DNA from: Eledone cirrhosa
Taxonomy: Eukaryota
DNA length: 64,000 bases
Direction: 5' to 3'
Assembly (NCBI GenBank): GCA_964016885.1
Contig: CAXHJY010001155.1
Location: 132,568-196,567, forward strand
In this document: piece after piece, positions 50,320 to 64,000 of the stretch
Layout: every line of letters starts with the position of its first letter
Position numbering within the stretch: the first letter of the stretch is position 1
The notes under the pieces: model-generated
What the model saw: only the letters and a program-made list of their open reading frames with translations
Told to the model about the DNA's origin: nothing
Database searches by the model: none
Made by a program: the position numbers and the translations under genes

Positions 50320-52478
50320 ATTCTAGTTGAGTCCTGCTCTACCTTAGATAAGTGTAATCTACTATAGCCATGTATTGTAATTCTAGTTCAGTCCTGCTCT
50401 ACCTTAGACAAGTGTAATCTACTATAGCCATGTATTGTAATTCTAGTTCAGTCCTGTTGTATTTTGGACAAGTGTATTCTACTATAGCCATGTATTGTAA
50501 TTCTAGTTCAGTCCTGCTCTACCTTGGACAAGTGCTTTCTACTATAGCCATGTATTGTAATTCTAGTTCAGTCCTGTTGTATTTTGGACAAGTGTATTCT
50601 ACTATAGCCATATATTGTAATTCTAGTTCAGTCCTGTTGTATTTTGGACAAGTGTATTCTACTATAGCCATGTATTGTAATTCTAGTTCAGTCCTGCTCT
50701 ACCTTGGACAAGTGCTTTCTACTATAGCCATGTATTGTAATTCTAGTTCAGTCCTGTTGTATTTTGGACAAGTGTATTCTACTATAGCCATATATTGTAA
50801 TTCTAGTTCAGTCCTGTTGTATTTTGGACAAGTGTATTCTACTATAGCCATGTATTGTAATTCTAGTTCAGTCCTGCTCTACCTTAGACAAGTGTAATCT
50901 ACTATAGCCATGTATTGTAATTCTAGTTCAGTCCTGTTGTATTTTGGACAAGTGTATTCTACTATAGCCATGTATTGTAATTCTAGTTCAGTCCTGCTCT
51001 ACCTTAGACAAGTGTAATCTACTATAGCCATGTATTGTAATTCTAGTTCAGTCCTGTTGTATTTTGGACAAGTGTATTCTACTATAGCCATGTATTGTAA
51101 TTCTAGTTCAGTCCTGCTGTATCTTGGATAAGTCTATTCTACTATAGCCATATATTGTAATTCTAGTTCAGTCCTGTTGTATTTTGGACAAGTGTATTCT
51201 ACTATAGCCATGTATTGTAATTCTAGTTCAGTCCTGCTGTATCTTGGACAAGTGTATTCTACTATAGCCATGTATTGTAATTCTAGTTCAGTCCTGTTGT
51301 ATTTTGGACAAGTGTATTCTACTATAGCCATGTATTGTAATTCTAGTTCAGTCCTGCTGTATCTTGGACAAGTGTATTCTACTATAGCCATGTATTGTAA
51401 TTCTAGTTCAGTCCTGCTGTATCTTGGACAAGTGTATTCTACTATAGCCATATATTGTAATTCTAGTTCAGTCCTGCTGTATTTTGGACAAGTGTATTCT
51501 ACTATAGCCAAATATTGTAATTCTAGTTCAGTCCTGCTGTATTTTGGACAAGTGTATTCTACTATAGCCATGTATTGTAATTCTAGTTCAGTCCTGCTCT
51601 ACCTTAGACTTGTCTATTCTACCATAGCCAAATATTGTAATTCTAGTTCAGTCCTGCTGTATTTTGGATAAGTCTATTCTACTATAGCCAAATATTGTAA
51701 TTCTAGTTCAGTCCTGCTGTATTTTGGACAAGTGTATTCTACTATAGCCAAATATTGTAATTCTAGTTCAGTCCTGCTCTACCTTAGACTTGTCTATTCT
51801 ACTATAGCCAAATATTGTAATTCTAGTTCAGTCCTGTTGTATTTTGGACAAGTGTATTCTACTATAGCCATATATTGTAATTCTAGTTCAGTCCTGCTGT
51901 ATCTTGGATAAGTGTATTCTACTATAGCCATATATTGTAATTCTAGTTCAGTCCTGTTGTATTTTGGACAACTGTATTCTACTATAGCCATATATTGTAA
52001 TTCTAGTTCAGTCCTGCTGTATCTTGGACAAGTGTATTCTACTATAGCCATGTATTGTAATTCTAGTTCAGTCCTGCTGTACCTTAGACTTGTCTATTCT
52101 ACTATAGCCAAATATTGTAATTCTAGTTCAGTCCTGCTGTATCTTGGATAAGTGTATTCTACTATAGCCATGTATTGTAATTCTAGTTCAGTCCTGTTGT
52201 ATCTTAGACTTGTCTATTCTACTATAGCCATGTATTGTAATTCTAGTTCAGTCCTGCTGTATCTTAGACTTGTCTATTCTACTATAGCCATATATTGTAA
52301 TTCTAGTTCAGTCCTGCTGTATCTTGGATAAGTGTATTCTACTATAGCCATATATTGTAATTCTAGTTCAGTCCTGCTGTATCTTGGATAAGTATATTCT
52401 ACTATAGCCATATATTGTAATTCTAGTTCAGTCCTGCTGTATCTTGGATAAGTATATTCTACTATAGCCATGTGTTGC
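50320..52478. repeat. 60-bp minisatellite, about 36 units
   Basis: Unit TTCTAGTTCAGTCCTGCTGTATCTTGGACAAGTGTATTCTACTATAGCCATGTATTGTAA; exact 60-bp register with no indels. Confidence 0.98.
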
Positions 52479-53398
52479 AAAGTTGTACATGGAAATAAGA
52501 TACAGAAGAATTTATTTTACTCATCAGCTACCCTCCAGAAATATAATTTCATGTTTAAGTGGGGGGAGGTATTGTATTTTTACAAATGAATGAAAAATAA
52601 AGACATTTACCACAGATCGACAAAGAAACAACACATGAACAATAGACACAGAACAAGGAAGTCTTTCAACTAGAACAAACAACAAAGTCTTATGCCTAAG
52701 ACAAAAGAAGAGGAAGTACAGGTGAATATAAATATGAAAGGCTTTTGAATAAAACAAACAATTAAGGGAATATCATCATCATCATCGTTTAACGTCCATC
52801 TTCCACGCTAGCATGGGTTTGGACAGAATATATATATACAAATGCAAAAAGACCTTATATCTGGGACAAAAACAAAAGGCAGTCATTACAATTACATGTT
52901 TTAACACCTGCATACACTATAACAGTAACAACCTACTTTTCAAGTGCAGAAATTCTAAAGTTCTTTTGATTGAAATGAAAGCATTTTCTAACTGTGTCAA
53001 ACTTCTGTTCTCCATTACTTACTAATTTTCTCTCCAATCATATTTTTTAACTTTCTCCTTTGTGTCTGTAGTGTGAGTGTGGTGAGGTGATTACATCCTA
53101 CATTTAGCTTGGCTTTTATTGAACAATGTCTTACAAAATATCCATGCCAAGCAACTTTTCTTTCTTTTCTTTCTTACTTACGTATTCTATATTTTGCTGT
53201 TCAGGTTGGTTTCTTGTAAAAGCGGAGAGGGTGTGTGTGCATGTGTGTCTGAGGGAGGGAGAAAGTGAGAGACAGAGAAGGGAGAGTGACTGGAATGAGA
53301 GGTAGAAAATTATTTTCCAGGAAAGAAATTTTAGATTAAATTAAACAAATAATAAAATAATGCAATTTAAACTGTTTGTGTGTGTGTGTGTATGCATG

Positions 53399-53449
<51 letters not shown>

Positions 53450-53492
53450 CTGTCTGTCAATATGTATACATATGTGTGTGTGTGTATGTATG

Positions 53493-53540
<48 letters not shown>

Positions 53541-53829
53541 TACATACATACATACATACATACACACACACACATATATATACATATTGACAGACAGACA
53601 CACACACATATATATATACATAAAGATAGATACATGGACACGCATACATACACACATATATATAAAGTATTATAGTTAATATGAAGCATTGTGAGATATG
53701 CAATAAATGCCTGACTTAACACACATATTCCTGGAATAATTAGAAAGTTTTATCACATCTGAAATATATTTTAATCTTCAATTATTTCTCAGTTTCCATA
53801 TCTATAACTTCTCTAGGATTCTTTACTTA

Positions 53830-54245
53830 TTATCATCAACACCATTCATGCACCACCATCACCATTACCACCACCTACACCATCATCACCACCATTATTC
53901 CCAACATCACCACAACCTACACCATTATTACCACTACTACTACCACCACCTACACCATCATCATTACTACCACCACCATCATCACCACCATTATTTCCAT
54001 CATCATCATCACTACCACAACTACCACCACCTACACCATCATCACCACCATCACTATTACTACCAACACTACCACCACCACATACACCATCATCATCTTT
54101 ACCACCAGCACAACAAAACTACCCACTCACCACAACCAAACCACCAACTTACTACAACCATACCACCCACCTCCACCACCAGCACTGTTCACAACCACCA
54201 CCAACTTCAGCACCAGTCATCACCATCAACATCATAATCATTACA
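53830..54245. repeat. Degenerate (CAC/CAT/TAC)n low-complexity tract
   Basis: Directly visible; source of the poly-His pseudo-ORF. Confidence 0.9.
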
Positions 54246-54472
54246 TTCATCATTGCTATCATTATGATTATTGTTCTTACCCTGAGAGAAAGATTGTTCA
54301 TAATTCTCATTGCAGCTTAATCTGGAATTGGTTTAATATATCAAGAAGCAAACTTTGCATACCTTTTCTTAATATGCACAGCTTTTTTAAAACTGTGTGT
54401 ATGTGTATATATATATATACACACACACCATACACGAACATACGTATGTGTACATGTGTGTGTATCTATATA

Positions 54473-54810
54473 CATCATCATTTTTTTTTTTTACGTCCGC
54501 TTTTCCCTGCTTGCAAGGGTGGGACGAGAACTGATGATGGCTTGATTTCTACAGCTGGATGCCCTTCCTAACACCAACCTCATTTACAGTGAGTGATGGG
54601 TGCTTTTTTGCCATGGCACCTCCACGACCACTTTGCAGTGGAATGATAGGGACCCCAGTCCCTATCATCTCATTTCTACAGCTGAGTAAACTGGAGCAAT
54701 GTGAAATAAAGTGTCTTGCTCAAGGAAACAACACATCACCCGGTCTGAGAATTGAACTCACAACCTTTCGATTGCAAGGCCAATGCTTTAACCACTAAGC
54801 CATGTGCCTC
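54473..54810 (-). mobile_element. RTE-tailed tRNA SINE, near-identical to 4906-5250
   Basis: Colinear match with only scattered substitutions. Confidence 0.87.
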
Positions 54811-54851
54811 CATACATATATATAAATATGTGAGTGTCTGTGTAATGTATG

Positions 54852-54904
<53 letters not shown>

Positions 54905-55019
54905 GTATATATCATTTCATTTCATTTGTATATATATATGTATATATATATATACTTATGTATATACATATATATATATGTATATACATATATATATGTA
55001 TATACATATATATATGTAT

Positions 55020-55657
55020 CTGGAGGTATGTGATTTTAAAGCGATGAAATACCAATGAAGGTTCGAAAATCACTGATGAAGGACTATTTTTATCATATGT
55101 GCAACCAAGCAGTATTCATTCTTCTCATGTTTTTTATATATATATTTCCCAGCTGCGTTTGTCTGTTTCTCTCTTACTGCTTCCCCCCTCTCTCTGTTTC
55201 TCTCACCTTCTTTCGCCTCCTCTGTCAGTTACACTTTCTCTCGACTGGCCTCTTCCTCGCATTTCCACTCACTCACTCTCTGCTTCTCCCCTTCTCACTT
55301 CCTACCGTTTGGCCTGAAGTGAGGTCCTTTCTTGCTCACACCTCACTCGCGTCGCACGGTCTGTTGTCTCTCGCCCATGAAATCCACACAGCTTAAGCTG
55401 ATCGGACTCCCATGTGCTTGTTTTTTCCTATCTTTGCGTTGCTATCCTTCTATGTTTGTTTACATGTCTCGCTCGCTTTACACGATTTACTTGTCCCAAT
55501 AGCTTTATCTAGCTATTGCTCGCACGGACTGGAGGTATATGATTTTTAAAGCGATGAAATACCAATGAAGGTTGGAAAATCACTGATGAAGACTATTTTT
55601 ATCATATCTAACCACGTGCAACCACGCAGTATTCATTCTTCTCCTGTTTTTTCATAT
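55020..55657. mobile_element. Element bounded by ~120 bp direct repeats (pseudo-LTR-like) in (TA)n
   Basis: 55020-55137 resembles 55529-55657 (CTGGAGGTAT...CACTGATGAAG...GTATTCATTCTTCTC) around a pyrimidine-rich interior. Confidence 0.55.
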
Positions 55658-55773
55658 ATATATATATATATACGGAAAAAATGACACAAAATTTCATTTC
55701 CCACAGTTAGTACGGCTGTTACTTAAATATAATTTATATATATATACGTACAACAATCTGGCAGGAAGGTATA

Positions 55774-55814
55774 CGTTCCTGACGATAGCTAATAAGCTTG
55801 AAACTAGTACAGTG
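55774..55814 (+). ncRNA. Minimal type-I hammerhead ribozyme, copy 1 (weakened helix I)
   Basis: CGUUC-CUGACGA-uAGCU aaua AGCUu-GAAAC-ua-GUA-CAGUG. Confidence 0.65.
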
Positions 55815-56195
55815 TTCCTTTGTCAGTGTTGAACAAACGAGCAAAGATGGTTGCTGGACACTACGGCTTAATACGGGATGTTTGTTTACAAACACACCGA
55901 GCGTTGTAGTGAATGATCGGTGAATCCATACATACATATATATATGTGTGGATGTATGTATATATATATATACATACTACTGTACGTCTGTATGCATGTG
56001 GGTATGTACGTGTACATACTTATATTTAAGTAACAGCCGTACTAAGAGTGGGAAATGAAATTTTGTTTCATTTTTACAGTTTATCGTTTTAGGTGCACCC
56101 GGCCGATTAACCCACTCGATATGCAGATTGGGCTGCTCAGCCGTTGATATGCATTAGGTAAGTATATACGTTCAACAATCTGGCAGGAAGGTATA

Positions 56196-56236
56196 CGTTG
56201 CTGACGATAGCTAATAAGCTTGAAACTAGTACAGCG
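56196..56236 (+). ncRNA. Minimal type-I hammerhead ribozyme, copy 2
   Basis: CGUUG-CUGACGA-uAGCU aaua AGCUu-GAAAC-ua-GUA-CAGCG. Intact core, 5-bp helix I, palindromic helix III ACUAGU; predicted cleavage after 56231. Confidence 0.8.
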
Positions 56237-56599
56237 TTCCTTTGTCAGTGTTGAACAAACGAGCAAAGATGGTTGCTGGACACTACGGCTTAATACGGAT
56301 GTTTGTTTACAAACACACCGAGCGTTGTAGTGAATGATCGGTGAATCCATACGTATATATATATATGTGTGCATGTATGTATATATATATATATATATAT
56401 ATATAAATATATATATAAATATATATATACATATATATACATAAATATATATATAAATATATATATACATATATATACATAAATATATATATACATATAT
56501 ATACATAAATATATATATAAATATATATACATAAATATATATACATAAATATATATATATATATATACATAAATATATATATATAAATATATATACATA

Positions 56600-56633
<34 letters not shown>

Positions 56634-56665
56634 AATATATATATATACATAAATATATATACATA

Positions 56666-56699
<34 letters not shown>

Positions 56700-56815
56700 A
56701 ATATATATATATACATAAATATATATATATAAATATATATATATACATAAATATATATATATAAATATATATATATACATAAATATATATATATAAATAT
56801 ATATATATATACATA

Positions 56816-56851
<36 letters not shown>

Positions 56852-56866
56852 AATATATATATATAA

Positions 56867-56899
<33 letters not shown>

Positions 56900-56917
56900 A
56901 ATATATATATATACATA

Positions 56918-56953
<36 letters not shown>

Positions 56954-56968
56954 AATATATATATATAA

Positions 56969-57001
<33 letters not shown>

Positions 57002-57087
57002 AATATATATATATACATAAATATATATATATAAATATATATATATACATAAATATATATATATAAATACATAAATATATATATATA

Positions 57088-57143
<56 letters not shown>

Positions 57144-57295
57144 AATATATATATATAAATATATATATATAAATATACATATATAAATATACATATATAT
57201 ATATACATAAATATATATATATAAATATACATATATATATATACATAAATATATATATATATATATACATAAATATATATATATATATATACATA

Positions 57296-57427
<132 letters not shown>

Positions 57428-57448
57428 AATATATATATATTTATATAT

Positions 57449-57593
57449 TATTTCTGAAGACGGCGTATATATGAGTTAGGTATGTATATTTAATCTTGAT
57501 AATTTGTATAATTTTGTATAATTTTGTACATAGATCTGTTGAATATGCATACCAATTATAACACATATATACCCTAGAAACGATCGTTAAATA
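57449..57593 (+). ncRNA. Type-I hammerhead ribozyme with ~115-nt rod-like helix II
   Basis: UAUUU-CUGAAGA-[GG.GUAUAUAUG..GGUAUGUAUAUUUAA...UUGAAUAUGCAUACC..CAUAUAUACCC]-GAAAC-gauc-GUU-AAAUA. Palindromic helix III ACGAUCGU. Confidence 0.72.
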
Positions 57594-57801
57594 GTGAACT
57601 TTTTTGTTTAATATAAGGAATTGTTTGTTCATTATTTGTTTAATATTTTATCTTGACTCTGTATACCGTTTATCTTTCACCGAAAGTGGATTTTCATTAC
57701 ATCTCTTCTTTCCATGATATCCGGAATACATTGAGTTCTTCATACGGATTGGACACTACCGTAAACTCTTGGTAGATTTATCTACATATATATAAATATA
57801 T

Positions 57802-57992
<191 letters not shown>

Positions 57993-58078
57993 TATATATA
58001 AATATATATATATTTATATATATATATATTTATATATATATATATTTATATATATATATATTTATATATATATATATT

Positions 58079-58112
<34 letters not shown>

Positions 58113-58132
58113 AATATATATACATATAATAT

Positions 58133-58192
<60 letters not shown>

Positions 58193-58196
58193 ATAT

Positions 58197-58228
<32 letters not shown>

Positions 58229-58259
58229 ATATATATAAATATATATACATATAATATAT

Positions 58260-58599
<340 letters not shown>

Positions 58600-58657
58600 T
58601 TATATTTTGTTTTATGTTATTTGTTGTAGAATATGAGAATTTAACTCTTGGTAGATC

Positions 58658-58723
<66 letters not shown>

Positions 58724-58748
58724 TATATATATTTACTCTTGGTAGATC

Positions 58749-59044
<296 letters not shown>

Positions 59045-59139
59045 TATATATATATAAATATATATATATATAAATATATATATATATAAATATATGTATA
59101 TATAAATATATATATATATAAATATATATATATATAAAT

Positions 59140-59221
<82 letters not shown>

Positions 59222-59288
59222 ATTTATATATATATATATTTATATATATATATAATTATATATATATATAATTATATATATATATATT

Positions 59289-59319
<31 letters not shown>

Positions 59320-59346
59320 TTATATATATATATATTTATATATATT

Positions 59347-59377
<31 letters not shown>

Positions 59378-59801
59378 ATATATATGTATATATATTTATA
59401 TATATATATATGTATATATATTTATATATATATGTATATATATTTATATATATATGTATATATATTTATATATATATATATGTATATATATTTATATATA
59501 TATATATGTATATATATTTATATATATATATATGTATATATATTTATATATATATATATGTATATATATTTATATATATATATATGTATATATATTTATA
59601 TATATATATATGTATATATATTTATATATATATATATGTATATATATTTATATATATATATATATGTATATATATTTATATATATATATATGTATATATA
59701 TTTATATATATATATATGTATATATATTATATATATATATATGTATATATATTTATATATATATATATGTATATATATTTATATATATATATATGTATAT
59801 A

Positions 59802-59912
<111 letters not shown>

Positions 59913-59922
59913 ATATATATAT

Positions 59923-60258
59923 TTCTATCCTACGCCATTTGAAAATGGCGTAGGATAGAAGAAAGGAAAGGCACAGAAACGAAGAAAGAAATCCCCAGTC
60001 ACTGAAGAGGTCACAGAGTGTGTGACGAAAGAACTATGACTATATATATATAAACAACTATCTGGTTGTGGAACCAACCAACCAACCAGAAATTTATAAA
60101 TTTGTAAATTTATAAATATATATTAAATTAAATTGAAGTGAAAGCAACTGGTGCGTGTGTTTCTTATTGGCAACATGACCCTCCCAAAGTATAACAATAT
60201 CGGTTTCAACACACGATTTCAGATAAAGAATCTTGCTAAACAAATTCAGAAACGAAAT
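59923..60258 (+). mobile_element. Truncated Penelope-like pLTR copy with terminal 18-bp hairpin
   Basis: 59942-60258 is the reverse complement of ~63288-63606; 59923-59940 pairs with 59943-59960. Confidence 0.78.
59997..60041 (+). ncRNA. Minimal type-I hammerhead ribozyme
   Basis: AGUCA-CUGAAGA-g-GUCACA gagug UGUGAC-GAAAG-aa-CUA-UGACU. Perfect 5-bp helix I and 6-bp helix II, one extra G after A9. Confidence 0.8.
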
Positions 60259-60272
60259 ATATATAAATATAT

Positions 60273-60483
<211 letters not shown>

Positions 60484-60484
60484 G

Positions 60485-60666
<182 letters not shown>

Positions 60667-60705
60667 AATATATATATATATCTATATATATATATATATA
60701 TATAA

Positions 60706-60746
<41 letters not shown>

Positions 60747-60751
60747 TATTT

Positions 60752-60888
<137 letters not shown>

Positions 60889-60983
60889 AATATATATATA
60901 TATAAATATAAATATATATATAAATATAAATATAAATATATATATAAATATAAATATATATATATATAAATATAAATGTATAT

Positions 60984-61056
<73 letters not shown>

Positions 61057-61064
61057 ATATAAAT

Positions 61065-61097
<33 letters not shown>

Positions 61098-61106
61098 AAT
61101 ATAAAT

Positions 61107-61141
<35 letters not shown>

Positions 61142-61150
61142 AATATAAAT

Positions 61151-61199
<49 letters not shown>

Positions 61200-61208
61200 A
61201 ATAAATAT

Positions 61209-61275
<67 letters not shown>

Positions 61276-61294
61276 AATATATGTATATATATAA

Positions 61295-61389
<95 letters not shown>

Positions 61390-61418
61390 AATATATATAT
61401 AAATATATATATAAATAT

Positions 61419-61455
<37 letters not shown>

Positions 61456-61588
61456 AATATATATATAAATATATATATAAATATATATATATATATAAAT
61501 ATATATATAAATATATATATATATATAAATATATATATAAATATATATATATATATAAATATATATATAAATATATATATATATATAA

Positions 61589-61852
<264 letters not shown>

Positions 61853-61859
61853 TTATATA

Positions 61860-61904
<45 letters not shown>

Positions 61905-61913
61905 ATTTATATT

Positions 61914-61944
<31 letters not shown>

Positions 61945-61949
61945 ATTTA

Positions 61950-62103
<154 letters not shown>

Positions 62104-62125
62104 AATATATATATATAAATATATA

Positions 62126-62215
<90 letters not shown>

Positions 62216-62221
62216 ATATAT

Positions 62222-62458
<237 letters not shown>

Positions 62459-62471
62459 TATAAATATAAAT

Positions 62472-62502
<31 letters not shown>

Positions 62503-62511
62503 AATATAAAT

Positions 62512-62568
<57 letters not shown>

Positions 62569-62575
62569 TATATAA

Positions 62576-63208
<633 letters not shown>

Positions 63209-63211
63209 AAT

Positions 63212-63242
<31 letters not shown>

Positions 63243-63245
63243 AAT

Positions 63246-63276
<31 letters not shown>

Positions 63277-63506
63277 AATATATATATATTTCGTTTCTGA
63301 ATTTGTTTAGCAAGATTCTTTATCTGAAATCGTGTGTTGAAACCGATATTGTTATACTTTGGGAGGGTCATGTTGCCAATAAGAAACACACGCACCAGTT
63401 GCTTTCACTTCAATTTAATTTAATATATATTTATAAATTTACAAATTTATAAATTTCTGGTTGGTTGGTTGGTTCCACAACCAGATAGTTGTTTATATAT
63501 ATATAT

Positions 63507-63551
63507 AGTCATAGTTCTTTCGTCACACACTCTGTGACCTCTTCAGTGACT
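63507..63551 (-). ncRNA. Minimal type-I hammerhead ribozyme (mirror copy of 59997-60041)
   Basis: Exact reverse complement of the motif at 59997-60041. Confidence 0.8.
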
Positions 63552-63848
63552 GGGGATTTCTTTCTTCGTTTCTGTGCCTTTCCTTTCTTCTATCCTACGC
63601 CATTTTGTTTGTGTGTGGGTTGCGTGCTCAGTTTGCGCATGCGCCACATCCGGGTGTCTGTGTGTGTTTGTGTTCATTTTTCTATTTTTCTATTTATATT
63701 TGTTTGTTTATTTATTTATTTATTGTTGGTTGGTTGTTTGTTCTATGTGTGTGTGTGTTTTCATTTTGTCTTGTGTGTGTTTTCATTTTGTGTGTGTTTT
63801 CAATTGTAAGTTGTTTGTTCTATGTGTGTGTGTGTTTTCATTTTGTCC

Positions 63849-63998
63849 TTAATTGTAAGTTGTGATGTTGCTGTTCCACTCATATTTTCTATTTAATTTT
63901 GGTTTTAATTCTTTTATGCTTACTGCCTCTGTAATTTGCCTAAACATTGCGTCTTTCTTGTGTGTGGATTCTATTTTTATTTCTATGCTCTCTAATTT
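63849..63998 (-). CDS. C-terminal 49 aa of a Penelope-type GIY-YIG endonuclease (partial, runs off window)
   Basis: KLESIEIKIESTHKKDAMFRQITEAVSIKELKPKLNRKYEWNSNITTYN*. RQxxEAxxI...LN resembles the catalytic Glu helix and conserved Asn of PLE GIY-YIG domains. Missing from the ORF track (partial and short). Confidence 0.68.
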   Translation of the reverse strand, partial: KLESIEIKIESTHKKDAMFRQITEAVSIKELKPKLNRKYEWNSNITTYN

Positions 63999-64000
63999 AC

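Larger units (their letters stand above)
55674..56385 (+). mobile_element. Penelope-like/retrozyme-like partial tandem with inverted 5' segment
   Basis: Direct repeats ~55741-55965 and ~56163-56385, each containing a hammerhead. IR 55674-55731 / 56019-56077. (TA)n on both sides. Confidence 0.75.
63288..64000 (-). mobile_element. Penelope-like retroelement 3' end (ORF end, 3'UTR, hammerhead pLTR, ORF-start tail)
   Basis: Minus-strand order: endonuclease C-terminus, AC-rich 3'UTR, hammerhead, [28 protein letters not shown], then (TA)n. Confidence 0.75.

Noticed and set aside
50430-52480. 20-aa repeat proteins (MYCNSSSVLLY..., MAIVEYTCP...)
   Set aside because: Frame-preserving 60-bp unit with scattered stops on both strands; the unit is SINE-derived.
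53848-54237. Poly-histidine protein
   Set aside because: Degenerate CAY trinucleotide tract with no splice or domain support. A His-rich exon is not strictly excluded.
55040-55100. Hammerhead at CACTGATGAAG, also at ~55580
   Set aside because: No properly placed helix II plus GAAA-NUH downstream; at most a relic.

Overview
AT-rich, repeat-saturated eukaryotic DNA. Its repeat complement (very long (TA)n tracts, RTE LINEs with (GAT)n tails, tRNA-derived SINEs, Penelope-like fragments) suggests a coleoid cephalopod such as Octopus; this is an inference. I found no convincing host protein-coding gene, and almost all listed ORFs are microsatellite or minisatellite artefacts. Recognisable coding remnants are all from transposons: several RTE-clade LINE pieces (one with a PHD-type C4HC3 finger inside the RT), a decayed mariner transposase, a near-complete Chapaev3 (CMC) transposon, a Helitron with helicase motifs, and the C-terminus of a Penelope-type GIY-YIG endonuclease at the right edge. 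The main hidden signal is about ten minimal type-I hammerhead-ribozyme-like motifs from several unrelated sequence families. They sit in short inverted or tandem Penelope-like insertions, mostly next to (TA)n. They include a tandem pair that would release a 422-nt unit, recurrent non-canonical (C/U)GGAUGA cores, and helix II arms longer than 100 nt. Two minisatellites (47 bp and 60 bp) appear to derive from local retroposon sub-sequences. All folds and alignments were done by eye, and repeat boundaries are approximate.
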